DNA of 64,000 nt from an uncultured Actinomycetes bacterium (GCA_963825685.1 CAWGUD010000041.1:13809-77808), one strand, 5' to 3'; positions 41,918 through 52,306 are shown, numbered from the stretch's first letter. The notes: generated by a model not told the origin, from the sequence alone. Numbers and translations are program-made.

Positions 41918-44008
41918 ATGGGTGAGGACGGAGAGCGGATCGACAGCGGCGACGAGCACGTCGAGCTGCCGCCCCCCGGCGAACGGCCGATCAAGCGCCG
42001 CGGCCCGGTGGTCTCACGTCGGGCCGCGCTGGGCATGATGGTCGGGGGCGCCGCGGTGGGCGTGGTCGGCGCGCGCGTCGGCTTCGGCTCGTCGAGCGGT
42101 GGCGACCTCAGCGGCATCGCGAACGCGCGCGGCCTCGACGGGGCGCAAGCGGAGGCGGCGCTCAAGACGTACGTGCCCGGCGGCGAGTTCGACGAGTTCT
42201 TCATCATGTCGTCGGGCGGTCACTCGGGGAACGTCTACGTGATCGGGGTGCCGTCGATGCGCATGCTCGAAGGAGATCCCCGTCTTCACGCCGAACGCCT
42301 GGCAGGGCTACGGCTACGGCACCGACCAGGGCGACCTCGTCCTGGCCGAAGGCGCCGACCCCGCGAAGAGCGAGGACCTTCGGTGGGGCGACACGCACCA
42401 CCCGGCGATCTCGGAGACCGACGGCACCTACGACGGCCGCTTCCTCTACATCAACGACCGGGCCAACGGCCGCATCGCGATGGTCGACCTGCGCGACTTC
42501 AAGACGAAGCAGATCCTCGACATCGCGAACCTGCAGACCTCCCACGGCGGGTGCTTCGTCACGCCGAACACCGAGTACGTGCACATCTCGTCGATGACGC
42601 CATGCCCGGTCACCGAGAGCGGGTACGCGCCGCTGTCGCGGTACAAGGAAGACTTCCGCGGGTTCTCGACCTGGCTGCGCATCGACCAGGACACCGGCCG
42701 GTTCGTGATGGACGAGAGCTTCCAGATCGAGCTGCCGCCCTACACGCAGGACCTCGCCGACGCCGGGAAGCTCGCGAGCTTCGGGTTCGGGTTCATCAAC
42801 ACCTACAACACCGAGATGGCCACGGGCGGCAACCTGCACAACGGCCACAGCGACCCCGCCGCATCGCTCGAGGCGGCGGCGACGATGAACGACTACGACC
42901 TGATGAACATCATCGACTGGCAGAAGGCCGAGGAGTTCGTCAGGCCGGCGCCGGGGTGAAGACGCTGAACGGCATGCGGGTGATCCCGCTCGAAGCCGCG
43001 GCGGCCGAGGGCATCCTGCACTTCGCCCCCGAGCCGAGGAACCCGCACGGCGTCGACGTGAGCCCCACCGGCGACTACATCGTCGTCTCCGGCAAGCTCG
43101 ACCCGAACGGCAACGTGTACTCGGCCGAGCGCATCAAGGACGCGATCGCGAACCAGGACTACGACGGCACCGACCCGTTCGGCGTGCCGATCCTGAAGCT
43201 CGACTCGGTGCTCGAAGCCCAGGTCGAGCTCGGCGCCGGGCCCCTGCACTCGCAGTTCGACGACGAGGGCCACGCCTACACGTCGCTCTTCGTCGACACG
43301 GCGATCGCGAAGTGGACGCTGGGGCCCAAGGCTGGGCACGAGGGCGAGGACGCTTTCAAGCTCGTGGAGAAGCTGCCGGTGCAGTACAACATCGGCCACC
43401 TCGTCACGGCCGAGGGCGACACCGTGACGCCCGCCGGGAAGTACATGGTGGCGCTGAACAAGTGGTCGATCGACCGGTTCCCTCCGGTGGGCACACTGCA
43501 CCCGCAGAACTTCCAGCTGATCGACCTCGACTCGCCGCAGCTGACGGTGCTCGCGGACATGCCGATCGGCATGGGCGAGCCGCACTACGTGCAGATGATC
43601 CACCGCGACAAGCTGAAGAGCGTGATCCAGGTGTACGAGCCGGGCACCGACCCGCTCACCTGGACGAGGTCCGAGTTCGCGATCGCCGCAGGCGAGGAAC
43701 GCGTGGAGCGGCAGGGCGACGACCTGCACGTGTACATGAGCGCCCAGCGCTCGCACTTCACCCCCGACGTGGTCGAGGCGAAGCTCGGCGACACGCTCCG
43801 CCTGCACCTGACGAACGTGGAGCAGACACCCGACGCCACGCACGGGTTCGCGATCCCGGCCTACAACATCGAGGCCTCGATCGACCCTGGCGAGGTCGTG
43901 AACATCGACCTGCCGCTCATCAGGGCCGGCACGTTCGGCATGTACTGCTCGGAGTTCTGCTCGGCCCTGCACCTGGAGATGCAGGGCTGGCTCGAGGTGG
44001 CTCCGTGA
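41918..44008 (+). CDS. nosZ: Nitrous oxide reductase, clade II-like (two compensating frameshifts near 42270 and 42945)
   Basis: SGGHSG..IGVPSMR, (shifted) IPVFTP..GYGYG, WGDTHHP, TSHGG, NPHG, GPLH, NIGH, EPHY CuZ histidines; CuA motif THGF..YCSEFCSALHLEM. Confidence 0.95.
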   Translation: MGEDGERIDSGDEHVELPPPGERPIKRRGPVVSRRAALGMMVGGAAVGVVGARVGFGSSSGGDLSGIANARGLDGAQAEAALKTYVPGGEFDEFFIMSSGGHSGNVYVIGVPSMRMLEGDPRLHAERLAGLRLRHRPGRPRPGRRRRPREERGPSVGRHAPPGDLGDRRHLRRPLPLHQRPGQRPHRDGRPARLQDEADPRHREPADLPRRVLRHAEHRVRAHLVDDAMPGHRERVRAAVAVQGRLPRVLDLAAHRPGHRPVRDGRELPDRAAALHAGPRRRREARELRVRVHQHLQHRDGHGRQPAQRPQRPRRIARGGGDDERLRPDEHHRLAEGRGVRQAGAGVKTLNGMRVIPLEAAAAEGILHFAPEPRNPHGVDVSPTGDYIVVSGKLDPNGNVYSAERIKDAIANQDYDGTDPFGVPILKLDSVLEAQVELGAGPLHSQFDDEGHAYTSLFVDTAIAKWTLGPKAGHEGEDAFKLVEKLPVQYNIGHLVTAEGDTVTPAGKYMVALNKWSIDRFPPVGTLHPQNFQLIDLDSPQLTVLADMPIGMGEPHYVQMIHRDKLKSVIQVYEPGTDPLTWTRSEFAIAAGEERVERQGDDLHVYMSAQRSHFTPDVVEAKLGDTLRLHLTNVEQTPDATHGFAIPAYNIEASIDPGEVVNIDLPLIRAGTFGMYCSEFCSALHLEMQGWLEVAP

Positions 44009-44040
44009 CCCGCGACCGACGAGGAAGGAAGGACGGATCG

Positions 44041-44505
44041 ATGAAGGCGAAGTGGATGACGTTGGTGCTGGCGCTGATGCTGGCCGTGACCCTGGCGGCC
44101 TGCGGCGGCGGTGACGACGGTGGAGACGACGGCGCGGCCGACTCGACCACCGAGACCGAGACGGAGACCGATGCCGACGACGGCGGCGGCGCGAGCACCG
44201 AGCTCACGGTGACGGCGCCCGTCGGCGCCTCGAACGACGGGTTCGCCGAGACGACCCTGACCGCGCCGGCGGACACGGCGTTCACGATCACGTTCAACAA
44301 CGAGGACGAGGGCATCCCGCACAACGTCCAGATCTTCGAGGGCGACGACACCTCGGGCACCCCCGTGTTCGCACCCGAAGGGAACGAGCTGATCACCGGA
44401 CCGGACACCGCCGTGTACGAGGTCCCGGCCCTGGCGGCAGGCACCTACACCTACAACTGCCTGTCGCACCCCACCACGATGGTCGGCACGCTCACCGTGG
44501 AGTGA
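44041..44505 (+). CDS. Cupredoxin (type-1 Cu) lipoprotein
   Basis: Lipobox LAAC, acidic linker, PHNV..YNCLSHPTTMVGTL. Confidence 0.88.
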   Translation: MKAKWMTLVLALMLAVTLAACGGGDDGGDDGAADSTTETETETDADDGGGASTELTVTAPVGASNDGFAETTLTAPADTAFTITFNNEDEGIPHNVQIFEGDDTSGTPVFAPEGNELITGPDTAVYEVPALAAGTYTYNCLSHPTTMVGTLTVE

Positions 44506-44539
44506 CGCGAGGCAAGGAGCCCGAGAGGAGGCGACGGGG

Positions 44540-45196
44540 ATGGCGGACGCGAAGGCGACGACCCGCGAGCAGCGCGGCCTGCGGATCGTCCTGGGCCTCG
44601 CGGCCGCCGTCCTCGTCGTCCTCGCGTGGCGACTCCCCGTGTGGGAAGCCCGCCTGACCGCGCCCCAGTACCCGCAGGGGCTCTCGCTCACCGCGAGCGC
44701 GACCGGCGTCACCGGCGACATCGACGAGGTGAACGAGCTCAACCACTACGTCGGGATGCAGGCCTTCGAGACCTCGGACGCGCCCGAGATGGCCTTGTGG
44801 ACGCCGACGATCGTGCTCGCCCTGATCGCCGTGGCCCTGGCCGTCGCGCTCCCCCGTCACCTCGTCGGGCGCCTGGCGAAGATCGCCCTGTGGGCGATCC
44901 CGATCGGCGCGCTGCTCGACGTGCAGTACCGGCTGTACCAGTACGGCCACGGGGTCCAGCACGACGCGCCGATCCGCCTGGAGCCGTTCACCCCGCTCGT
45001 CGTCGGCCCGACGAAGGTGCTGAACTTCACGACCTGGGCCTATCCGGGCCTCGCGATCTGGTGCCTGTTCGGGGCGGCGTTCCTGGTGACGTTCGCACCG
45101 GGGCTCGTGCGCCGCGCGCGCGACCGCTGGCAGCACCGGCCGGTGTACGTCTCCGACGACGAGTTCGAGGCGCTCGAGCGAGCCGGCCGGGTATGA
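44540..45196 (+). CDS. nosB: NosB-like membrane protein of clade II nos clusters
   Basis: P.W...L.APQYP.GL, NELNHYVGM, LYQYGH, FTP..G.TK..NF; about 4 TMs. Confidence 0.8.
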   Translation: MADAKATTREQRGLRIVLGLAAAVLVVLAWRLPVWEARLTAPQYPQGLSLTASATGVTGDIDEVNELNHYVGMQAFETSDAPEMALWTPTIVLALIAVALAVALPRHLVGRLAKIALWAIPIGALLDVQYRLYQYGHGVQHDAPIRLEPFTPLVVGPTKVLNFTTWAYPGLAIWCLFGAAFLVTFAPGLVRRARDRWQHRPVYVSDDEFEALERAGRV

Positions 45197-46717
45197 GGCT
45201 CGCGCGGGCGCTCGCGGCGTCGCTCGTGGTGCTCGCGGCGACGACCTCCCCCGCGTCCGCGCAGGAGACGGATCACTCGGGTCACGACGAGGACGCGCAC
45301 GTCACCACACCCGACGGCATGGTCTCGATGCCCGCCGAGCACCTGCAGGTGATGATCGAGGAGACCCCGCCCGGCGGCACGCTGATCGTGCCGGAGGCCG
45401 TCTACGTCGGCGCGGTCACGATCGATGAACCCGTGACCCTCGAAGGTGAAGGGACATCCCGTGATCGACGGGAACCTCGAGGGCTCGGTCGTGACGATCA
45501 CCGCGCCCGACGTGACGATCCGGGGACTGACGCTGCGGCGCTCGGCGATCGGACCGTTCGACTCCCCGTCGGGCCTCATGCTCGAGCAGGCGGACCGGGC
45601 CACGATCGAGGACGTCACGATCGAGCAGAGCTACATCGGCATCACCGTCCGGCTCTCCGATGGCGTCACGATCGACCGCGTCTCGATCCGCGGTCAGGGC
45701 GTGATCACCGGCGAGGAACACGTCGTCGAGACCGACGACGAAGACGAGCACCGACAGCACGCCGCCGCCGACCAGGGCACGCAGATGCACACCGACGCGC
45801 AGGTCCGAGGTGACGGCATCTGGCTCTGGAACGCGACCGGCGCGATCGTCCGCGACACGACGATCGACGAGGCACGCGACGGCATCTACGTCTCCTACGG
45901 CGCCGGCAACCTCCTCGAACGCGTCCGCATCAGCGACAGCCGGTACGCGGTGCACGACATGTACGCCGAGGACCTCACGGTCCGTGCCAGCGTGCTCGAG
46001 GGGAACCTCTCGGGGCTCGTGCTGATGTACGGCGGTCCGGTGCACGTGACGGACACCACGATCATGGAATCCGGGAGCCCGTCGACCGGCTTCGGCGTGC
46101 TCGTCAAGGACGTCGGCGGCGTGACGGTCCAGGGCAACGTCGTCGCCGACAATCGCGTCGGCGTCCAGGTCGACGACGCCGGTCGCACCGGCGGCGAGCC
46201 GACGCTCGTGCTCGGCAACACGATCGCGATGAACCAGATCGGGCTGCTGCTGATGCCGTCGGCCGACACCGTGGTCGCCGGCAACGGGTTCATCGAGAAC
46301 TCCACGCAGGTGACGATGGGCGGACAGGGCGGCACGCAGGCGATCTGGAGCCGCGACGGGGTCGGCAACTACTGGAGCGACTACGGCGGGTTCGACGCCG
46401 AGGGCGACGGAACGGGCGATCTGGCCTACGTCGAGAGCGGACGGATGAGCGAGCTCCTGGCGTCCGAACCCCTGCTGCTGGCGCTCGCGTCGGGTCCCGC
46501 GTTCAGGCTGCTCTCGTCGGTGGAGAGCAAGTGGTCCCCGTCGGAGCCCCTCGTGCGTGACGATGCCCCGCTCGTCGCCGCACCCGGCCCGGCGCTGCGG
46601 GGCGACGGCCGCGGCGCGCCCGTGCCTCTCTGGCTGCCGGGACTCGCCCTCACCCTCGGATGCGGCTGGCTGCTGCTGCGCGCGCGCAGGCCGCGACGGG
46701 CGGTGTGGGTCCGATGA
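45193..46717 (+). CDS. nosD: NosD N2O reductase maturation protein (frameshift near 45450)
   Basis: Signal peptide; beta-helix RGDGIWLW, RDGIY, RYAVH.MY, GNYWSDY.GFD..GDG.GD; C-terminal TM. Confidence 0.9.
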
Positions 46718-47413
46718 CCGCCCCCTTCCTCGAGGTCGCGGGTCTCACCAAGGTCTACCGCGGCGGGTGGGGTCTGCACGACGTCTCCCTCTCGCTGCCC
46801 GCCGGCGTGATCGCCGCGCTCGGCGGCCCCAACGGCAGCGGGAAGTCCACGCTGCTGCGCTGCCTCGCCGGGCTCGCCCGGCACGAGGGCGAGGCGCGGT
46901 TGCTCGGAGAGCGGCTCGGGTCCGAACCGGCCGTGCGCGAGCGGGTGGGGTTCCTCGCACAGACCGTCGACCCTTCCCGAGCAGGCCACGATCGGCGAGG
47001 TGATCGACCTCTTCGCGCGCCTGCGCGACGCGGACCCGCGACGGATCCCGCTGCCGCCCGGATTCGTCCGGCCCGACGACGATCTGATCGGCGAGCTCTC
47101 GGGTGGCCAGCGGCACCGCGTGGCGCTCGCGGTCGCGCTGCTCGGTTCGCCGGTGCTGCTGTTGCTCGACGAGCCGGTCGCGAACCTCGACGAGGAGGGC
47201 CGCGAGGCCTTCTGGGACGTGCTCGGCACGCTGCGCGACCGCGACGGCGTGACCGCGATCGTGTCGAGCCCCTCGCCGTCGGAGCTGCGTGACGTCGCCG
47301 ACGTCGGGCTCTACCTCGACGACGGCCGCCTCGTGCGCGAGGAAGACTTCAGCGGCCGGAGCGCGACGATCGTGCATCCCTTCGGCCGCGACGACGCGGA
47401 GGCGTGCTCGTGA
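46714..47413 (+). CDS. nosF: ABC transporter ATP-binding protein NosF (frameshift near 46975)
   Basis: [20 protein letters not shown]; between nosD and nosY. Confidence 0.82.
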
Positions 47414-48240
47414 GCGCCCGGCCCGTCTCCGTGATCGCGGCATGGGAGTACCGGACCGCCGTGCGTGCGAAGTGGGTGCTCACGATGGCCGTCGTGTTCG
47501 GCCTGCTCTGCGTGATGGTCACGCTGCTCGCGTTCCGCACGGTCCGCGAGCTGGGGCTCTCGGGCATCGGCCCCGCCTCGGCGACGCTCGTGAACCTCGG
47601 GGTGCTGCTGCCGTCGCTGATGGGGCTGTTGCTCGGCGCCGGCTCGCTCGTGGGCGCGCGTGAGCAGGGCATGCTCGCGATGGTGTGCGCCCAACCGCTC
47701 CGCCGCTCCCAGGTGGCGACGGGCGCGTTCCTCGGGCTCACCGCGTCGCTCTGCACGACGCTCGGCATCGGGTTCGGGGTCGCGATGCTGATCATCGCCG
47801 GCGTCGCCACGACGAGCGACGTGCCGGCCCTCGTGACGCTGATCGTCGCGACGCTCGGCGTCGGGGCGGCGAGCGTGGCGATCGGCGTGGCGATCAGCTC
47901 CCTCGTCTCGAGCCGCGTGCAGGCGGTCTCGATCGCGGTCGGCCTGTGGATCGTGCTCTCGCTCGGCGTCGACCTCGCGCTCGCCGCCCTCGCGCCGAGC
48001 GTGCACCTCGGCCCCACCGGGCTGCTCGTCGCGATCCTCGCGAACCCCTTGGAGGCAGGACGCATCCTCGCGCTGCTCGGCACGAACCTCGAGGGCACCG
48101 CCCTCGGGCCGTTCGGCGCGTACCTGATCAGCACGTTCGGCCGATGGGGGACGATCGCCGTGCTCGTCGGGGACCTGGTGGCATGGACGCTGGTGCCGCT
48201 CGGCGTGGCACGATGGGCACTGCCACGCAAGGACCTGTGA
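47410..48240 (+). CDS. nosY: ABC permease NosY
   Basis: Multi-TM; REQGML...[12 protein letters not shown]. Confidence 0.82.
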   Translation: MSARPVSVIAAWEYRTAVRAKWVLTMAVVFGLLCVMVTLLAFRTVRELGLSGIGPASATLVNLGVLLPSLMGLLLGAGSLVGAREQGMLAMVCAQPLRRSQVATGAFLGLTASLCTTLGIGFGVAMLIIAGVATTSDVPALVTLIVATLGVGAASVAIGVAISSLVSSRVQAVSIAVGLWIVLSLGVDLALAALAPSVHLGPTGLLVAILANPLEAGRILALLGTNLEGTALGPFGAYLISTFGRWGTIAVLVGDLVAWTLVPLGVARWALPRKDL

Positions 48241-48265
48241 CCTCGACCGCCCGGAGGAGCGCCCG

Positions 48266-48709
48266 ATGCGACTCGCCCGCGAGAGCCGGTACGCGATCGA
48301 AGCCCTGGTCGTGCTCGCCGACGCGCCGCCCGGCGAGATGATGGAGGCCCGCGAGATCGCGGCGCTCGCGCACCTGCCGGCGGCCTTCCTGTCGAAGATC
48401 CTGAGGCTCCTCGCGATCGGTGGCGTGCTCCGGTCGCAGCGGGGCAAGGGGTACGAGCTCGCTCGGCCGCCGGAGCGGATCGCGCTCGGGGACGTGCTGC
48501 GCGCCGTCGAGGGCGACGAGGTGATCTGGGAGACGTGCATCTTCTGGCGCGAGGAGTGCGACACGGAGCACCCGTGCCCGTTGCACTTCCGGTGGACCGA
48601 GCTGAAGCCCGGCATCCAGGACGCGATGGGGTCCGTGACGCTCGCCGACATCGCCCGGCACGGCTTCGAGCCCGACGCGAGGGTCGGCGAACACCGCGAC
48701 GGTCGCTGA
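48266..48709 (+). CDS. Rrf2 family Fe-S transcriptional regulator
   Basis: YAIEAL, FLSKIL, S.RGKGY.LAR; C-x6-C-x5-C-x2-H (CIFWREECDTEHPCPLH). Confidence 0.92.
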   Translation: MRLARESRYAIEALVVLADAPPGEMMEAREIAALAHLPAAFLSKILRLLAIGGVLRSQRGKGYELARPPERIALGDVLRAVEGDEVIWETCIFWREECDTEHPCPLHFRWTELKPGIQDAMGSVTLADIARHGFEPDARVGEHRDGR

Positions 48710-48786
48710 CCACGGCCGTGTGGGAAGGTGCGAGCACCACCCCGGTGTTGGACGCTGTCGAGACCGGACACGAGGAGACGAACACG

Positions 48787-49179
48787 ATGCTGAACGATGC
48801 CGACCGAGCGATGCTCGACGCACCGAACTTCGCGAGCCTCGCCACGACGATGCCCGACGGCTCGCCGCAGGCGTCCGTCGTCTGGATCGACCGAGACGAC
48901 GACTCGATCCTGGTGAACACGGCCGAGGGACGCACGAAGACCGAGAACATGCGCCGCGACCCGCGTGTCGCGATCTGCCTGTTCGACCGGAACGACCCGT
49001 ACCGCCAGCTGATGGTGCGCGGTCACGTCACCGGCTACGAACACGACGGCGCCGACGCGCACATCGACTTCCTCGCGAAGAAGTACACGGGCGCCGACGT
49101 CTACGGGGACCATCGTCCCGACCAGCAGCGGGTGATCGTGCGCATCGAGGTCGACGGCGTCGCCCGCATGGGGTACTAA
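48787..49179 (+). CDS. PPOX-class F420-dependent oxidoreductase-like protein
   Basis: ATTMPDGSPQAS.VW, GR.K..N.RRDPRV, LAKKY.G. Confidence 0.88.
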   Translation: MLNDADRAMLDAPNFASLATTMPDGSPQASVVWIDRDDDSILVNTAEGRTKTENMRRDPRVAICLFDRNDPYRQLMVRGHVTGYEHDGADAHIDFLAKKYTGADVYGDHRPDQQRVIVRIEVDGVARMGY

Positions 49180-49188
49180 GTCTTCAGA

Positions 49189-50170
49189 CTACTTGAGAAG
49201 ATGCCGATCGATCTCGCGGAGGAGGTCGAACTTCGCGACGGCCGGAAGCTGCTCGTCACGGCATCGGCGAACGCTGCACCTATCGAGCGAAGCCATTCGC
49301 GAGGACGCGTACTCCATGCCACTCTCGTGTAGCGGATCGTCCATGTTCACCGACACCAGCATGCCTTCCTGATACATCGCGCGCAACGGATGTATCTGGA
49401 GTCCTTGTCGATCAGCTCGGACGACGGACACGGTGAACGCGTCTCGTTCCTCTCAGCTCGCGGATCGTGTCGAGGTCGTCATCGCCGAGAGTCCGTGGTC
49501 GATGCGCTTCGGCACCATCGACAGCGCGATCCGAAGGTCGTCGGCGATCGCTCGTCGTGGCTCGCGAGCATCGGAGCCGATGTGCTTGGGACCGGCGTCC
49601 TCGGCGCAGTCGCTGAGTCGCCCGCGAGCTTCGTCGACATCGGTCCCGGGCGATGCTCGTGGTGCCGCGGCGACGCTCCTCGCCATCGTGGCGTCGATCG
49701 GCGCCCGATCGTACGCGAACCGGTCGCAAGTCACGATCAGCACCCCGACCAGCTGAAGTCGGGGCGAGCGTCCGAGTCCATCACGGCGGATGGTCGCGCG
49801 TTGTGCGGCGTGCTGGCGGCGGTCGCGGAGCCGTGCCCGTCACCGTCGAGGATCGATCGTACGCGAGTCGGTACCAGTCATCCGAGGGTTCGCGAGCGAC
49901 GCGTCTGCCCCTGCCGGCAATCGTCGAGGTAGTCGTTCAGGCTCTCGTAGTCGACGAGCTGCGCCGCGGCGCTCGTCGCAGGATGGTCGCCGTCCGCAAT
50001 CGACGATCGCCTTGCCTGCGAGCTACGTTCACGGTCGAGGACGAAGCGCCCTCGGCATGCAGTACAGCTCGAGCTCGGGATCCGGCAACGAGATCCGGCA
50101 GCGAATCGCGTCTGCATCATGCCCCGACGCGAGCTCGCGGCACCTACGGATCCTGTATTGTCGCATCCGC
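49189..50170 (-). pseudogene. Heavily degraded adenosine deaminase-family gene
   Basis: Scattered fragments in order: LPDPELELY (cf. LPKAELH), YESLNDYLD, KRIDHG, HPLRAMYQEGMLVSVNMDDP. Confidence 0.6.
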
Positions 50171-51402
50171 GTCGGACGATGAACGCTCCGACCGATCCGG
50201 CAGGTCAACCGACGCACATGGCGTGCGATCGCTCACCGTCGCGCCGAGTCGCTCCCCCGCGGCTTCCAGGGTCTCGACGCGCTTGCAGAACGCGAACCGC
50301 AGCAGGTGCGCCCCGTCGGCGGGGTCGGAGACGAACGACGAGCCGGGCACGGTCGCCACGCCGACGTGCTCCACGAGATGGCGAGCGGTCGCGACGTCGT
50401 CACCGAGGCCGAGGTGGGAGCAGTCGGCCATCACGTAGTAGGCGCCCTCGGGCGGCGACGCCACCTCGAAGCCGCTCTCGGCGAGCACCCGAAGCATCAC
50501 GTCACGCCGTTCCGCGTAGTCGGCGCGCATCCGCTCGAAGTAGCTCGGCGGCAGCTGCAGGGCGGTGATGCCCGCGACCTGCAGCGGGGCCGCCGCCGCC
50601 ACGGTGAGGAAGTCGTGCACGGGCCGGATGCCCGCCATCAACGGCGCGGACGCGATCGCCCACCCCACGCGCCACCCCGTGACCGAGTACGTCTTCGAGA
50701 GCGCGCTGATCGTGATCGTGCGCTCCGCCATGCCGGGGAGCGTCGCGATCGGCACGTGCTCGGCGTCGTCGTACGTGATGTGCTCGTAGATCTCGTCGGT
50801 GATCGCGATCGCGTCGTGCTCGACGCAGAGCTCGGCGATCGCGGCGAGCTCCTCACGCGTGAACACCTTGCCGGTCGGGTTGTTCGGCGTGTTGATCACG
50901 ATCGCGCGGGTGCGCGGTCCGAACGCGGCGCGCAGCTCGGCCTCGTCGAACGTCCAGTCGGGCGGGCGCAGCGACACGAGCCTCGGCACCGCGCCGGCGA
51001 TGATCGAGTCGGGCCCGTAGTTCTCGTAGAACGGCTCGAACACGACGACCTCGTCGCCGGGGTCGAGCACGCCGAGCATCGACGCGATCATCGCCTCGGT
51101 CGATCCGCACGTGACGCAGATCTCGGTCTCGGGGTCGACCGTCATGCCGTGGTCGCGCAGCGTACGCGGCCGCGATCGCCTCGCGGAAGCGCCGGCACGC
51201 CCCACGTGATCGGGTACTGGTTGTGGTCCTCGGCGATCGCACGCGCGGCGGCGTCCTTCAGCTCCTGTGGCGCCGGGAAGTCGGGGAACCCCTGCCCGAG
51301 GTTGATCGCGCCGTGCTGGTTCGCCAGCCGCGTCATGTCGCGGATCACCGACTCCGTGAACGACGACGCCTTCGCCGACGCGTGCAGCCTCGAGTCGTTC
51401 AT
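50144..51402 (-). CDS. Class I/II PLP aminotransferase (YbdL/kynurenine aminotransferase-like; frameshift near 51160-51200; stop uncertain)
   Basis: AINLGQGFPDF, NQY, NTPNNPTG, DEIYEH, SKTYSVTGWRVG, RFAFCK. Confidence 0.9.
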
Positions 51403-51450
51403 GAGCGAGCAGCCTATCCTCGGGGCAGTCGACCGGCAGGAGGGATCGCG

Positions 51451-51939
51451 ATGACCGGGAAGGCAGCGTTCACCGACGAGGAGTGGGAGCGGGTGCGGCG
51501 AGCCCCCACCGTGGCCGGCATGGCGATCTCGCTCGCCGATCCGGGCGGCCCGATCGAGCTCTCGAAGGAGACGATGGCGACCCTCCGCGGCATCGGCGCA
51601 CCGCCCACCCAGGACGAGCTGCTGATCACCGTCTCGCAGGAGGTCATGGCGATGGGCCAGCAGCGCGAGAACCCGATGAAGGGCTTCACGGTCGCCGACA
51701 AGAGCCAGGTCGGGGCATCGGTGCTGCAGGAGCTCCGCGAGGCGCAGGACCTCGTGGAGGCCAAGGCCACCCCCGAGGAGGCGTCGGCGTTCGCGCGCTG
51801 GATGGTCGAGGTCGCGCAGGACGCCGCGAACGCCGCGAAGGAAGGCGGCTTCATGGGCTTCGGCGCCGAGCAGGTGAGCAAGGGTGAGCAGGACATGCTC
51901 GACCAGCTCCGCACCACCCTCGGCGTCACCGAGGGCTGA
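51451..51939 (+). CDS. Conserved hypothetical protein
   Basis: GGAGGG RBS; FTDEEW..AAKEGGFMGFG..VS..E; helical; function unknown. Confidence 0.75.
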   Translation: MTGKAAFTDEEWERVRRAPTVAGMAISLADPGGPIELSKETMATLRGIGAPPTQDELLITVSQEVMAMGQQRENPMKGFTVADKSQVGASVLQELREAQDLVEAKATPEEASAFARWMVEVAQDAANAAKEGGFMGFGAEQVSKGEQDMLDQLRTTLGVTEG

Positions 51940-52117
51940 CCACCGCCCGGAGGCGAGGCGTTCCGCCACGAGGAACGAGAGCCGGAATCGGGTCAGGGTC
52001 AGCCGGGTCCCTCGACCTCCCGTGACTCGCGATCGGATGCGTCCCGCCCACCTCGGCGTGCCTGGCCAAGGTAGCGATCCATCACAGCGCCCCGCCTGGC
52101 GAGCATCGATCGGTCGG

Positions 52118-52306
52118 TCAGCTCGTCGACTCGAGCAGCGCCAGGACAGTTGCGTACTGCCTCATGTAGGCCATGAGGAGTTCTCGTTCCGCGATCTCAT
52201 GCGTCTTCGCGGCGTCCGTGTTGGCATAGCCTCTGGAGTACTCGCGGAGGGCGCGGTCAACGACGTCTCGGATCCTCGCCAACCGCTCGTCGTTGGTCGG
52301 TCCCAT
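52118..52306 (-). CDS. Small hypothetical protein (62 aa)
   Basis: MGPTNDERLARIRDVVDRALREY..., protein-like composition only. Confidence 0.4.
   Translation of the reverse strand: MGPTNDERLARIRDVVDRALREYSRGYANTDAAKTHEIAERELLMAYMRQYATVLALLESTS

Noticed and set aside
41870-44008. The 712-aa ORF read literally as a novel NosZ fusion
   Set aside because: The central part is out of frame between two compensating indels; the true NosZ motifs appear in the alternative frame (ORF 42480-42959 and upstream).
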